From assembly GCA_015680685.1 (NCBI GenBank), contig MNCI01001040.1, positions 245,492-309,491 of the forward strand: a stretch of 64,000 bases of DNA, written 5' to 3'. Shown piece after piece: positions 12,521 to 27,200 of the stretch. A model generated the notes under the pieces. That model did not search any database. It was given only the letters and a program-made list of their open reading frames with translations, and was not told where the DNA came from. The position numbers and the translations under genes were made by a program. The number at the start of each line of letters is the position of its first letter. The first letter of the stretch is position 1. The stretch is from Gnetum montanum. Its lineage: Eukaryota > Plantae > Gnetophyta.

Positions 12521-14794
12521 TACAAGTTATTTTATAGTTTGGTTACCTCGAAAATGTCGTTGACCTAAGATTATAGTTTAGTTTAGTTAATTCCAAGATG
12601 TGATTGACCGTACAAAATAGAATTAGAATTCATGTTTAAATTTTATAAAAGGGAAATATATCATTTTTTATTCTACTTACCCATTAGAATTTCCCTTAGA
12701 AGAAAATCCTTGTTTATCCCTATCATTATAATTATGTGGATTTTCTTCCATTAGAAATCATATGTCAAACTAGGAGAAGAAGCCCTAGCAAAGCTTATGC
12801 AACTCTTCTCAAATTTATGTAAGTATGATTTGGTTTTTATGGATTTCATTCTCTTTGTTTTTAAATTGTATTATATCTAGCTTATTTTTGTGATTAGGGT
12901 CTCAACCTTGATTGAAGAATCTCTATCATGTGAGGGTTTTAAAATGCATCCAATCTTAGGTAGAGAACTTTATTATAATTGCTTTCCTATTTAGAACTGA
13001 ATTCCTTAAGGTTATATGCACGTGAATGTATTTTGGTGATGCCTTGTTTCATTAATAACATTGTGATTATTTCTTGATAAACCCAATGTTTGATTTGAGT
13101 TTCTGCCTATAGGATCTATTGTTGTATCCATTTTTATTTCAGTTTGATAACTACTAATAATTTTTTAATTTGTTTTTCATCTTGGGAATGTTAATATGAG
13201 AAATTGTATTTTGATATAAAATCATTTTTGGGATGTTAATTTTAAACATTATATTTTATATAAAGCTATGATTAGCTTTTATAGTCAAAATGAAGAGAGA
13301 AAGAAGAAAGCCCAACACATAAAACCTGATTCAAAAATTAATTCATTAATCTTTGATATTGGCTAAAAGGTTTTAGTTGGAAACTATTAAAGACTGTGAG
13401 GTTTAGCTTTGGATCTTAGTTTTGAGAAAAATATCAAATAATTTATTTCATTGCATTTCCCCACCATCCTGCATTGGTTTGTTTGATTATATTCAATATG
13501 AATATTTTTATATTTTATAATGCTTATGTGGGTTATATTTTTTGATATCTTTTGGTTTGTTGTAGCTAGCACAAGGGGAGAGGTTATTTGGCTTTAATGG
13601 AACCCTATGAAGTGTGAATGTCCTTCATTATCTATTGCCAAGTTTTAGTATGATCCTTAAACCCATTCAAAAAGAGGGACAAATTAATAGAGAATCTCCT
13701 AGTGGAGTAAAGAAATTAAGGGGCATTTTTGTATGATCTTGGTACTAGATATAAGAAACATAAATATAAGGCTTGAAGGCATTTTCCATTTGTTTGGTTT
13801 AATTTGATTTGGATAAAATGTTACTATGCACAATGAGTACACATCTCAACCTATCATATTTGAAACTAACAATGGGTGCTAGCCTCTAAAAATTTCTATT
13901 GTGTGGTGGTGGAATTTTATTTAGACATTTGACTATTTGTTTTTTAATTTTAGTATTTTCTTATTATTTATTTGTAATAGCATTTGATGAGATGGAGTAA
14001 CCCTTTTGCATGGCTTTCTAGCTTTCCAATACCTTTTCTAGAGCCCCTTAGGAAGTAATTATAATTTGTTTTTCTTATATAGTCACATGGATTAACTTTC
14101 TCCTTTGGGTTTTTTTAACTCTTAGGTGATGTAGGTGTTAGTGGAGATTAATCTATTTCTTAGCTAGATGCTTAAAATAGAAATTAGTAAATTTTAGAAT
14201 TTTTGTGTAAACTATGTAATTTCTAGTATTTCTTTTATTTATAGTTTTTTTGTATCCTTTGGTTGGTACAAGGGCTTGATGTAATTGCTTATCTTTGGTG
14301 CGTTTTGTTGTATTTATTTTTTTGATGTTTTTAGTATGTTTAGGATTTGAACTTGGGAAGTAACATTTAAAATTTCTATTTACATTTAATTCTTGGTGGT
14401 TATTAATGCTTTACGTTTTTAACGTTTAGAAGTGTTTCTATTTTTTTTTTAATTTTATTTCATTGATTATATTAATGCATTTTGGATACTATATTTTTCA
14501 TAGGCATTAAGATGATGTGACTTGTTTTTACTTAAGGAATAGGGTAGTTTTTTTTCCATGTAAGGGACTACTGGATATTTTTATAATGTTTTTATTTATT
14601 TATTCATTTGTACATGTTTGTTTTGAATGCCTAATACTTTATGTATTCATTTTCTTAGCATTGTTTACCATTTTTATTAAGTAATAAATTTTAATATTTT
14701 AGAGTTTTAGACTAAAGAAAATATCAAGATGAATCTTCACATATAAAGTTCATTAAATTTTGACTTATAAATATCAAGATATTTGCAAAATTTA

Positions 14795-15180
14795 GTTTCA
14801 CTACAACTCATGGTTAGCTTGTGGTAAATTACCATGACTTGTGATTAAGTGATGCTATAAATCATGATTGATGGTTTTCTCATGATTGACACAAAAAAAT
14901 TAACTATGATCAATGTTTGCTTCATGGTGCAAAACTATGTTAAGATAATTTTACATGGATTGTGGTGATATTGTGGTGTAGTAACTGCAAGTTGTGGTTT
15001 ACTCATGGTAAATGTTTACATATGGAAAATTCAAAACTCATGGTGAAGTCATAGAATGGAAACCATGACTCATGGTTAATTCATGATATTTTTAGAAAAT
15101 TAGAATTTAAACGATGACTCATGTTGTAATACCATGACTCATGGTATCCTAGCCATAAGTCATGGTCAATTCACGATCAA
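14795..15180. repeat. Array of decayed palindromes (CCACGA-N-TCGTGG type) in the LTR of H
   Basis: About 8-9 units, e.g. aaccatgactcatggtt (15061) and accatgactcatggt (15131). Confidence 0.7.
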
Positions 15181-15832
15181 CAAAAAATTTAAATTTTGAT
15201 AGATCTTGAAGCATTTAGCCTAAAATTTTCATTCAACGATCCAATAGCTTAACCTTTGGTTTAACATGATTTTTGTATAGTTCAATATGGTAAGACATAT
15301 ATATATAAACACACACACAATGTGGATTATTCTTAATGCATTTCCATGTATCATTGGATTTTCAATTTATTGTTTCTTTATTATGTTATTATCTATGATC
15401 CTAGGCATAACTTCGTTCTAGTTAAGTATTGTGGGATGGGGTGTTACATAATGGTATTAGAGCAAGTTTTCCCTGATGATATAAGATGATTGTGGTACTT
15501 ATTAATTTATGATTTCAAGTCACACATATGTATAGTAGATCTGGTCCTAATGCTAATAAGGAATGAAAGTTAGAAGGACCTAATGTTTAACCAGTTCAAC
15601 CTCCATAAGCATCTACCAGTGATCCTACAAGTAGTCAAGTGGATGTTCTTTATTCATTATTATAAATTTAGTAACAATAGATAGCTAGTAGTGCTTCCAA
15701 TCTAATTGTTATGGAGATGGAAAATGGTAATAGTAGTGATGACACAGGTGATTCAAATAGTCAACCTATCATAAGGAAATTGATATAAAAATTTTAAAAG
15801 TTATAAGCCCCCATATTTGATAGCATTGAAGA

Positions 15833-15858
15833 TACTACTACTACTACTACTACTACTA
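15833..15858 (+). repeat. (CTA)n microsatellite expanded inside gag of H
   Basis: Run of tactactac... read directly. Confidence 0.9.
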
Positions 15859-16977
15859 TAGAGTGGTTGAAGGAGTTTTAGAAGGCTTTTAACTTGATGA
15901 GATGCTCATTGATTTGGTAGAATTGATTAGTTATATATTAGTTGGTTATTAGTGTTTGATGTTAGTTGATGACTAAGGAAGAGGCCAAGGGTTGGACTAG
16001 CTAAGAGATGACCTGGGATGATTTTTTGATATACTTAATATGCCTAGGCAAAAGAGGACGAGTTTTACCATTTGTATTTGGGTAGTTGGTCTATGGTGGA
16101 TCATGATGTCCATTTCTTTGAGCTTAGAAATTATATTTCATAGATACAAATAGATGATAGAACACAAAAAAATAAATTTTATCAAAGGTTTAAGATCCTT
16201 ATTAAATAATCATATCTTACCTCTCAGAGTGATACCCTATGATGATGCTCGATTAGTTACTTTGGATCTAGAAAAAAAGCCAATAGGAGGATGCATCTTA
16301 TCATGAGAGGAGATAGGGGTAGAAGAGGGAATTGACATCTAGAGGTAGGCTTGGCTTCTCCAAGTAAGGCCATGGATGTGGACGTAAGCTTCAAATACCA
16401 TTTCATGGGCCTACTATTAGAGCTAGTCATGGCTCTATTATTTGCTATAGATATTGGTAGCCTAGTCATATGTAGAGGAATTGCTAGAATTATTTTGTAT
16501 ATGGATAGTTAAGACATAAAGTGAGGGAGTACCTAAAGTAAGAAGGTAGTAGCAAGGAAGGTAGAAAATAAGGATAGTAATCACTAAACTAGGGTGAATA
16601 CAAAAAAACTATTATTTAGTAAAGAAAAGTAGACCAAAGGACCCATGATCGAGTATACATTCTAACAAAATAGTCATTAAATATGTAGTCCAACATAATA
16701 ATGGAGACAAGAGGTATGATTTTAGATTTTAATGTATTGATTTTATTTGATCTAGATGTTAGTAATCACTTCATAGAACCTAGTGTTCTACAACAAGTAG
16801 TTATTACATGTCATTCTCTTTATCTTTGGTTGTTAGTATCTTTTGCTAAGGGCCATGAAACTCACTTTGATCAGTGTACCTATATAATTTTTGGTTGTAT
16901 AGTTGATCAATGATTTGCATGTTATGAATCTCAAAGTATATGATTTAGTTTTGGGGATAGATTAATTGTTTTGATTC

Positions 16978-17171
16978 TATAACACCCCTACCATAGATAC
17001 TCCTTACCCCTTGGTATTTTTGAGATTTGAATCCTTGATTTCTTGTATGCTAATCTATGTCTATGCTTGTTAACCCCTTATGGTTGACTATGCTTGTGTA
17101 TGATTGATCTATGAGCATTGTTATTTTCTTTTAATGGAATATGTATTATATACTTTTTAATGTTTTATTTT
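16978..17171 (+). repeat. Probable start of another Tekay-like LTR (continues at 37479-37744 after element B)
   Basis: tataacacccc resembles the TGTAACACCCC terminus, and the protease frame of H stops here. Confidence 0.4.
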
Positions 17172-17992
17172 TAATGAGTCATGGTTGATTGGACTATGTT
17201 GATGCATGGTTTGAAGCATCAACAGATATACATCGATGCAATGTCTAGTCTTGCCTATATAAATGCATGCACTTGTCTCATTTATGGAATTTGTTCATTC
17301 ATAGCTTAGTTGAACTCCTTAGTTTGTTTATTTTAGAGTTATAATATTTTCTAAGTGTCCATAGTAGGATTTGAGAAGTGTATGGATCTTTATTCAAGCA
17401 TTGATGTATCTGGACACTTCGATGTGAATGGCAATAAAGACAAGTTTCTTGATAAACCTTGCATCACTTGGAATTAGCATAATATCTCTTTAATTCAATT
17501 TACTATTATTTAATTTATTTTAATGTAATTAATTAATTAATATCAAGTAATTAATGCACATAAGTGTAACCATTTTGAGTATATGTTGACACTTGGTAAT
17601 CCTAGTAATCCTAGTAGCACTTACGCTTGGTAACCCAATAGCGTTGCAATGTGTTTAGGATGTGTATGATGGATGGAAATAGATACTTATGTCAAGATTA
17701 GTTAAGACATCAATTATTTCTTAGATAAATTAAACATTTAATTGCCTTATTTTCTATACTTAGGTAAATTTAATGAAAAACGTAAAAGTTATACAAATCA
17801 TATGCCTTAGTTACACTTAACCATATCATTGTACTTGACAAGTGGAATTGGGAAGACAACGATCATGTACTTGAAATTCACTGACTAGATCAAGTGTACT
17901 TAGAGAGCTGAAGTCTATAGAATTCAACTGGAACACTTAGTAAATACTAGTGATTTGTATGGTTGGGCATAGGGACTTCTCATTGCTCATCA
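17172..17992 (+). repeat. 5' LTR of B
   Basis: TAATGAGTCATGG...GCTCATCA; colinear with 36614-37473. Confidence 0.92.
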
Positions 17993-18106
17993 TTAACAAC
18001 ATTGCTAGGTACTTAGTTAGCTACGTATGCTATCTAGGTAGTAAAATTATATAACAATGTTGTAACAAACCTTAACAAGAGCACACTATTTTTCTTCAAA
18101 ACCAAT

Positions 18107-21100
18107 ATGGCTTCTTCTCACAGAGAAGAATCCCCACTATTTTTTGAGTGCACTTCTAGTCAAATGTAAGAAGGCTAAAAGCCATATGTTTCCCAATAAT
18201 TAAAAGTAATATATACTCATCTAGATGAGTATGTTCTAGATTTCACCTTCATCTTGCACTTGGATGAACAATTGTGGTGGAGGAACATGAAGGACAACAT
18301 CATGTTACCTCTTGATCAATCAGTTCCTATGATGCTGCTCCACAATCTCATGCAATTGAGTATCCAAGGGCTTAATGTTGAGTATGTTGTGCAAGATCAT
18401 GACTACCAAGGTTATCATCCCATAGATGCACAATGGAGAAAAGATCAGTAGATGGAGGTGTGCTACAAGGCATTGAAGGACAAATGGTTCACAAACCTCT
18501 TGTTCTTGTAGGGTTAATAGGAAGGAGAGGATCCTTTCTCTAGGGATTCTTAAAACACTGACTCTCCTTCCCTTCTCTTTACTGAAAGGGTCCTTAACTA
18601 GAATTTATAGTCAACTATAAACAACCCTGGTTTAGGGAAGAATGGGTCCCATGACCATGGGGGCTCCAAAGGAGGGATTCAAGGTAGGAACAATGATCAA
18701 CATCACAATAATGATAAACATGGTAATTGTGACCAGGACCAAAGGAGAGGGAGTAGCATGAACCATTCTAGTGCTAGTCCTCCTTCCTCATCACATTCTT
18801 CATCCTTATCTTCTTCCTCCTCCAAATTCAACTAAAGCCACAAAGGAAGAGAACGTGATGGAGGTGCTTGGTAGGGCAGAGATGATCACAGACCTCATCA
18901 TAATAGTAGAGACTAGGGGCATGGAAAATCAAGGAAGGTCCACCATAGAGAAAGAAGGGACAACAAGAAGCATCATAGGCATTGTGGCCATCATAGGGGC
19001 TATGACTATGATAAGCCCTTTCTTGCAACTAGAAATATGATAAACATTGTGGAGGCCATGAGGATTCCAAGAAGGCATGTGGAAGATAGCTGAATTAAAT
19101 GGATGAACATGAACAATATCTCTAAGTTTGAAGGGGGATATAATTCTAATCCACAGAATCATCTCCAAGCCTTTCATGATGCATGTGCCTTATAGAATGG
19201 TAGAAACTAAAGCTATTCCCTAGGACACTCATCAAGGAAGATGAAAGCTAGTATAGGTTCTTAGAATTGGAGTCAATAAGAAATTGGAGTATGATTCTTG
19301 AACTCTTCAATGACAAGTATCAAATGTACTCTTGAGTGTCCAACTTGAGGAAGTAGATTCAAGGGTGGAAGTAAGGAACACATGAATCCTTGGATGTGAC
19401 CATAGAAAGATATTGTTCTTTGTTGCACAAATACCTAGGCCATGAATTCTCTCAAAGGGAATAGTTGCACCATATCATAGATGGGATCCAAACAGAAATG
19501 AGAAGAAATCTTAGGGTCTATGTCCAAGGGATGCTTTTAGAACTAAGATCCCATCAGATCCAATTGGTGGCAAAAGAAAAATGTAAGCCGAAAAAAAGAA
19601 AAAGTGTAGAGAAGTAAAACAAGGATTATTTCACTCACAAAAGAAGGATCTGGGTTTGTGATAATGAGGAGGAGGCACCAGTTGATGAAGTGGTGGAATG
19701 CAAAATTTTGCTAATATAAAAATGTTTCTAAAATATCAACCAAGGTAGACAAAATTTGGGACCCTTTGGATGAAAATTTTCAAACCGCTCTCAAAATTAA
19801 AGAGGAGTCCAACAAGCAAGGCAGCAATCATGATCTAAGGAGAATGAAGGAAGCTAAATGTGATTATTAGAGGGGTAAGGTTAAAGCTGCTATTATTGAA
19901 GAGCTTGTGGATTCCAAAATAGATGATGATGCTGGGTGTGACATTTACCAATATGAACATCCTAAGGAATGTTGCCTAGTTGTATTACACTTGTAGGAAT
20001 CTGGGGATTATGCTTTGAATTCTAGATTGGTAAAAATGCAATCATCTAGGAGGTTGCCTTATCCTTAAGGTAACTATAGGTAGTTCCATCAATAAGCCTG
20101 CTATTCGAGTGGAGATCCACTTGAACTTCATGAGCAATATTAGCAATGGCAACATCCATAGTCAAGGTAGCAGTACTCTTACTAGTAGCCAGATCCATAT
20201 GGATACTATGTTTAGTAGCCCATTTCTCTGTATGACTCTTCTAGTCACACCTTTTTCCAATACCACTACTACCCTCCTGAGTATTATAGAGAACAATATT
20301 CAAGAGGGGAATCCCTATTTTCATATTATCCTTCTCATCCTTTTGCACATGTACCTCCACCCTTAGCTTAGTTGCTACTTGCTCCATCCATGTAGGATGA
20401 AATTTCAACCCATCTATAGCAAAAAAACACTACAAGGGCTATTAAATTATAGTTGGCTCCACAGCTCAATGGTTCAGATAATAAGCCTAAAAAATGATCC
20501 TTCTTTTGAACCAAAAGTCTTACTAAGCCTTCACAGACACTTGTGGTTGCTGACTGAGATCCCTTCAAACCAAATGTCTCCCAAAGTACACATTATAATG
20601 TTAATCCCTGTGGTCATAGATTGGATAAAGGTTGGTCACCTTCCTAGGAAGAGATTTGATCCTAGGAGTCCCCTTATTTACTTGTAAATAGATGGGAATG
20701 AGCCTTGCAAGGCTCTTCTAAACTCAAGTTTTGGTGTCAATTTGATCTTTCATGAAATCTACAAAGCCTCGAATTTGCCTCCTTTCAAGAAGAGCAACAT
20801 TTGTCTTAAGTTAGAAGATTAGTTTATCATTGTCCCCTTGGGATTGATGGAGGATATTTTGAACACTATTTTTGGGTGGTCTTATCCTACTAACTTTCTA
20901 GTGATCCAAGTAGACAATTACAAGGGGGACTTCCCAATAATCATGGGAAGGGCTTGGCCAAGTGCAATTGATGCCTAGCTAGAAATTAAAGACCTCTCGT
21001 TGGAGATTTCCAAGGAAAATGACTTTCAAAAATTGAGAGGAAGGATGTTCCATGCATCATTAACAATGACACAAGGTGCCATTACATGCAAAAATTATGG

Positions 21101-24100
21101 ATAGTCAAAAGCATAAGAATCATAGCATGAAGGCAGTGTGCAAATGTCACAAAAATTGAGACGTACCTATATGTAGTAGCCACAAAATTGGAGGGCATCC
21201 AATGGATGGCAACTAAAATCTAAAAGTAGTTCAACATTGTGCATGAAACAAACTAAGAGCCTAACAAGTGCCTACACTAAAGGAATGGATGAAATGGAAC
21301 AAATCCATCACCAACTCTTTGATGAACTTGATGACTCCAGTTAAGAGTTTGAAATCCAGAATAGTTTTAAATAGGAGCCCCTTGAGTTAAAAACTCTACC
21401 TATTGGAATGAAATATGCTTTTCTAAAAAATGGTAGGGTGATCATTATCAATGTCAACCTTGCTCCTATGTAGAAAAAGAAGTTGTTGGAGGTGGCCAAC
21501 AAATGGACAACAACATTTTCTTGGTTAGATCATGAGCTAATTGGAATTGATCCAAGGATATTCTAGCATTACATCTACATAGATTTCTTCATTAAACCAA
21601 AGAGGTAGTTATAGTGATAGTCGAATCCCAAATTGAAGCAGATTGTCAAAGAGGAGATCGAACAACTCCTTAAGGTGGGCTTCATCTACCCCATTGTAGA
21701 TAGTTAGTGGATTAGCCCACTCATGACCATGCCAAAGAAAGGTGAAAAATGAAAGATCTACATCAATTTTAAGCTATTGAGTATGGTAACCTACAAAGAT
21801 CATTTTTCTTTGCTATTTGTGAAGTAGGTGTTGGAAATCATTTCTAAGCATTACTATTACAACTTTCTAGATGGTCATAATGGCTATAACCAAATCTAGA
21901 TAGTATCAGAGGATTGGGCCAAAACCACATTCACAAATGCTTGGGGGACTTTTGCATATAGATAGATGTTGTTCTCCTTGTGCAATGCCCCTGACACATT
22001 CCAATGCGTTGTCTTGAGTATTTTCCAATAGTAGATTGGTAGTGGGACGGAAGTCTTCATGGATGACTTCTTCACCTATGGGGCTATGTTTAAGTAAGCC
22101 CTAGACCATCTTGAGTAAGTTCATAAAAGATGCATGGAGATAAACCTTAGGCTTAATTGGAAAAAAAGCCACTTAATAGTCTAGGAGGAATTTATGTTAG
22201 GGCATATAATTTCTCAAAAAGGAATTGAGGTAGACCTTGAAAAAATAATGATCATCCAAGAAATTGCCTGACAAGAAGAAATAGTTAAAGATGTGAGTTC
22301 ATTCCTTGGCCATACTAGCTACTGCTAGTGCTTTATCAAGAATTTCTTTAAGATCACCAAAATGATGGTGGAGCTAATAAAGAAGGATGCTCCATTTGTC
22401 TAGACCATGAAATGTGAGTATGCATTCCAACAACTTAAGCAAAAGTTTATAGAGATTCCAATTCCACATGCACCTAACTAGTCTAGCTCCTTTCACATCA
22501 TGATGGATGCATCTAATTATGCATTGGAGGTTGTGCTCATGTAGTTTGACAATCAAAAACATCCTTACTACATTGATTGCACAAGTATAAGCATTGTTGT
22601 TACACAACTAAACTACACTAGTATGGAAAAAGAACTGATGGCAGTGATGTTTACCTTGGAAAAATTTAGGCACCATGTGCTTGGATACAAGGTGTTTGTG
22701 CACACAGACCATAGTGCAATTCGGTTCTTGATGAATAAGCCAACAATAAGCTACTATGTCATATAGTGGCTAGTTATCTTGCAAAAATTCGATCTAACAA
22801 TTGTTGATCAAAAGGAAATTGAGAATGTGATTGTTGACCCCTTTTCTCAATTGAGATGGGAGAACAAAGAGAAGAAGAATTCATTTTCAAATTAGTTTCT
22901 TGATAAAATGCTCTTTCCCAAGGATATAACTGAATAAGTGTTCAATGAAACTAACTAGTATGGTGACATTCTCACCTACCTTCTCACTCAAGAGATGTCA
23001 CAAGAATGAGACAACATGAAGAAATAATGGTTTCTTCACCAGGTAAAACACTTCATGGAAATTAATGGACACATTTACAAGGTGTGCACCAATGGCTTGG
23101 TTTATGGTGTATACCTCATGATGATGAAATACATGTTCTCTAGGATGCTCATGAGGGCCCTTGTTAGGGCCATTATGCTAGGAGACACATGTCCACCAAT
23201 ATCCTCATGGTAGGGTATTGCTGGCCAATACTTTTTAGGGATGCTCACCATTTTATCCACTCCTATTATTGTTGCCAACATGATGGTGGAATGACCACTC
23301 AAATGGAGGGATCTCAATAGTGAATCCAACCACTAGAGTCCTTTGATATTTGAAGCGTCAATTTTATGGATTCCATCACTCCCATGTATAACAAAAAGGC
23401 ATACATCATAGTAGCTATTGATTATTGTATGAAGTGGGTAGAAGTGGTGGCTGTCATTGATTTCCCATCTTCTTCTACTACTTGATTTGTATAAAAGCAT
23501 GTTGTAAATAGGTTTTGGCTACCATGTGAACTTATTTCTAATAATGGAACTCACTTTATAGGAACCACCTTTTGGAAGCTCTTGCAATGCTTAGGGGTTA
23601 AACATAAACGAAAAACACCCTACCATCCAAAGCTAATGGTCAAGCAAAGGTTATGAATAGGGAGATCAAAAAAATACTAATAAGAACTATTAATAAATAT
23701 AGAGGGGATTGGAGCACAAAACTTAATGATGCCCTTTGGGTCTACCACTCCACTTGGAAACTTTTTATTGGCTAATCTCCCTATGAGCTTGTGTATGGTA
23801 AACTACCAACACTTCTCATCCAAGTTGAGCTCTATATATTTTCAATGGCTTGTGACCATTGCCTTGACTTTAGCCTAGTATAGAAAGAAAGGTTAATGAA
23901 TCTCAGCATGCTAGATTAGAACCAACTAATAGCCCTCTCATCTAATGAAGTGCATAAGGCATTTAATAAGCAACATCATGACCTTACAATCAGAAAAGTA
24001 AAATTTCAACCAAAAGATAAGGTCCTATACTAGAATCCCACACATGTACTATAAAGAATTAAGTTCCAAAATTGTGGGATGGGCCTTACATCATATATGA

Positions 24101-24260
24101 AACCTTTCCTTCTAGTGCCATTTTAATGTATAAACATGAAAGCCCAAACAAAAAGATGCTAGTCAACATGTAATAAATAAAACCTCTATGAACCTAAGAG
24201 AGTTAGTGATCATAATACCTCAATGGATGGACAAGAGCACTATATTTTTTGTATCTCCTC
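18107..24260 (+). pseudogene. gag-pol of B (gag, Cx2Cx3Hx4C-like knuckle, PR, RT, RNase H, IN), with many stops
   Basis: Gag 'SKFEGGYNSNPQNHLQAFHDAC' (~19120); PR 'ALLNSSFGVNLI' (~20712); RT 'WISPLMTMPKKG' (~21710), 'FLDGHNGYNQI' and 'VFMDDF' (~22055); RH 'MDASNYAL' (~22502); IN 'ELISNNGTHF' (~23530) and 'TPYHP'. Confidence 0.9.
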
Positions 24261-24286
24261 CTTCCAACTTAGTTGTTGGGGAGATA
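24252..24286 (+). promoter_or_regulatory. Post-pol PPT-like motif within a predicted hairpin (B)
   Basis: tatctcctccttccaacttagttgttggggagata; an equivalent sits at 57332-57365 in D. Confidence 0.5.
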
Positions 24287-27200
24287 GTCATCCATGTTGA
24301 TCAATCAAAGTCGTTCCTCAATTTTATACTTTTTCTATTTTTCACATTTTTTGTTTACACTACCTTTAGTACATCTACTCTTTCTTAAATATTTTACAAT
24401 TTCTTCTATATTTTACTTTATTTGAGTTGAAATTTCTCAAAAGTTTTTCTTATGTTTTCTTGTGTTTTTCTTTATTTTCACTAGGACTTCGTGCATCTAT
24501 AGCTGTCAATTAATGGTGGTTTGTACTATAATGCTATTTAATTGCTAATGTGTAGATTCTATCTTTGAATTTTGATGTTCATAACTATGACATGGCCTCC
24601 TTTCATGATAATAGGTAGTGAGTTCACATCATCTACCCACCCACAAACTCTATGGTGTTCCCTTATTTTGGAAGTATGAGGTTCCTTCTTAAATGAAACT
24701 TTTAATGAACTTGTAACCTTTGTAGTTTCCAAACTTAAAAAGGATTAAATGGATAGACAAGGATGTGACTTTAAGAGGATTTAATGCTCTTTTTACTTGC
24801 ATATCCTCTTGGATGCATGAGTGTTTCCATGGATTTTTAACCATTTCATTGTCAACCAATAATAGGAAGCTAAGTCTTTGCATGGTGTGGATACTATCCA
24901 AAAATACGAAAAAAAACAATAATGGGAATTCAAAGCACATCCATTAGGAAAAATAATGGGATACAAGCACTAGTTATTGGAATAGAATAAAATGTTACCC
25001 ATGCTTGAAGGTCCCTTCTAACTAAAGCCCATCTCACTTCTTGTTTCTCTTTTCTTTTGTTTTAGGAATGGTGATTGGTCTGTGGGGATATTCTTGTGCC
25101 TTAGGGAGATGGATGAGTCTAAGAGTGTCAATGTGAATTCACTAAAAATAGTTGGTTTTAATTTGGACTAAGGATGGATGTTATCAAGTAATATTAACTA
25201 CAAAACCCACAAGGGGCTTTATGTGACCATGATACGAGACTCCATTCCACACTCTACTTCATTTTCCTATGTTTCTCATAACTCATGTCACTACCTTTTC
25301 TCATGTTCATTCAATGTCTTGGTTTGATATGGTCAAGATTCTTTGGTAGTTTCTTTGGTCATTTGGTCCTTAACTAACCATAACCATTAATCATCCATGA
25401 GGCCCACAAACTCCCTGGTTTGAGGACATGCAAGGGAATTAAGGGCATGAGCTTGCTATGTGGAGGATCTATTTGCATACTCCTTCATTAGATTGGTTGA
25501 GTTCCTAATCTATTAGGCATTCGTGCATTCAAATCCTTTGTGCTCCACATCGATTACATCTAGTTATGCACTCCATTAAAATTCTCCAAGTAAAATCTCC
25601 ATTTTATGAACATTCTCATCCTCTTCAAGAATTTCATCATGATGTTGACTTTTTTGGCTTTCTATGAACTTAAATTTTATGTAGAAACTCTTTATTTTTT
25701 CCTTATTTTCAATGATGAAAAATTTTGTATGTCAACTACATTGGTGGGATCCTATCGATGTAGTTGGCTATGTCAACATGACCCATAAAATCTATATATA
25801 GTACAATACTTTGAAATTTTTTTGTCATTTTATCTCAAATGGGAAAGGAGTTTTTGTATTTTTTATATCCCAAAACCTTCTAGGGCCTATACCTTTCAAA
25901 ACAATTTTCTTATTAACCCTGTTCTTTAGTCCTATAGCTATTGGAGGTTATCTCTATGTTGTGGGGACCACAAACCTTAGGTTTTTGATGAATTTTTTTG
26001 AATTTTTTCTAAATTCCACAAGGTTTAACTAATAAAATAATGTTAAAATCACTAATTCATGAGAGTTAAACCTTTCCAAAAAATTTTGGTAGTCATCTAA
26101 ATGAAATAATAATAAAATAATAGTAAAATAATCAAATCTATCATGATCACAACTTAGCTGAGTGTAACTAATCCAAAGTGGAAATGTATAAAAAATGTTT
26201 AAGTTACACATCAAACACTAATCTTTAGGCATGTTGTGATTGCATATGACACCTAGACTAAGTGACAAACATTGATAGGAGGTGAAACCATCCCAACGAG
26301 GAACAAGCAACCCAGAACTAGAAGGGACCAATAGCCAAGAAAGTCCCAGGAGGAAGCAGTTGAAACACATGCAATGGGACCTCTTCGAGAGGAGCTTGAA
26401 GTGGAATCTATTTGATAGATTCGCAAAGCTAAAATAGATTAATCTCACTAGGATGAGGCCTTAAGACTAAGGCCAAATGTTGTGGTCACCTTGACGAATG
26501 CCTACCTTAGGCAAATCAAGACTAAGGATATTCAATGTTCAGTTCTCCAAGAGCTAAACTTTGGTACCTTCTTAGACTTCATCCCAAAAGAAGTTAGAAC
26601 TCAATTGTAGAGTTCTCCCATGTGGCCTATTCTTACCTCTAGTGGAGAATGGTATATGGGAGAAACATATCTCTTCTAGAATAATAGGTAGGCTAATTCC
26701 ACTATGAAAATCATGGACATTAGTGTTTCCTACTAAGTGGAGATCATCTCTTAGGCTCTTGGATTACTAGAAACTAGGATAACCTTGGCAGAAAGCTTGC
26801 ACAAGCAGAACTAGAGGAAGATAAGGAGTGGATCTAGTGGTGCTATGGAGTTGACCACAAAGAATATGGTGCACTCACAACCATAGAGTGAGCATACTTC
26901 AAGATTGTGGCTTATCACCTTAATTTAACATTAAGGCTAAGCAAGGTGACAACCTTCTTGATGAGTCATGATTTACCTGGCCTTGACATCTAATGAATCG
27001 CTATTTTTTTCTACTCTAATGTTGGGTATGCAATGTCAGGGTCTAGATGCAATGTTGGGTATCTGATGTTGGGATATATATGTTAGCTTATAATTATAGT
27101 GCCTAGGCTCTAGTTTTGAGTCATTTTCAAGTATTTTTTCATAGTTTTGTCAATAGAGTAGCTAAATTCTTGCAATTTTATTCTATCTTAGAGAACAGTC

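Larger units (their letters stand above)
12540..16977 (+). mobile_element. Element H: Tekay/Del-like chromovirus (Ty3/gypsy) 5' LTR, PBS, gag and protease; truncated
   Basis: LTR end ggggtgttaca (15448) is followed by PBS tggtattagagc (15452-15463). Gag 'PIFDSIED...EWLKEF' (~15810-15880). Protease 'ILFDLDVSNHFI' (ORF 16701..16913) and 'DLVLG.D' (~16945). The left boundary is approximate. Confidence 0.75.

Noticed and set aside
14799-14806. CACTACAA as a CACTA transposon end
   Set aside because: It is a decayed unit of the local palindrome array; no matching terminus or 3-bp TSD was found.
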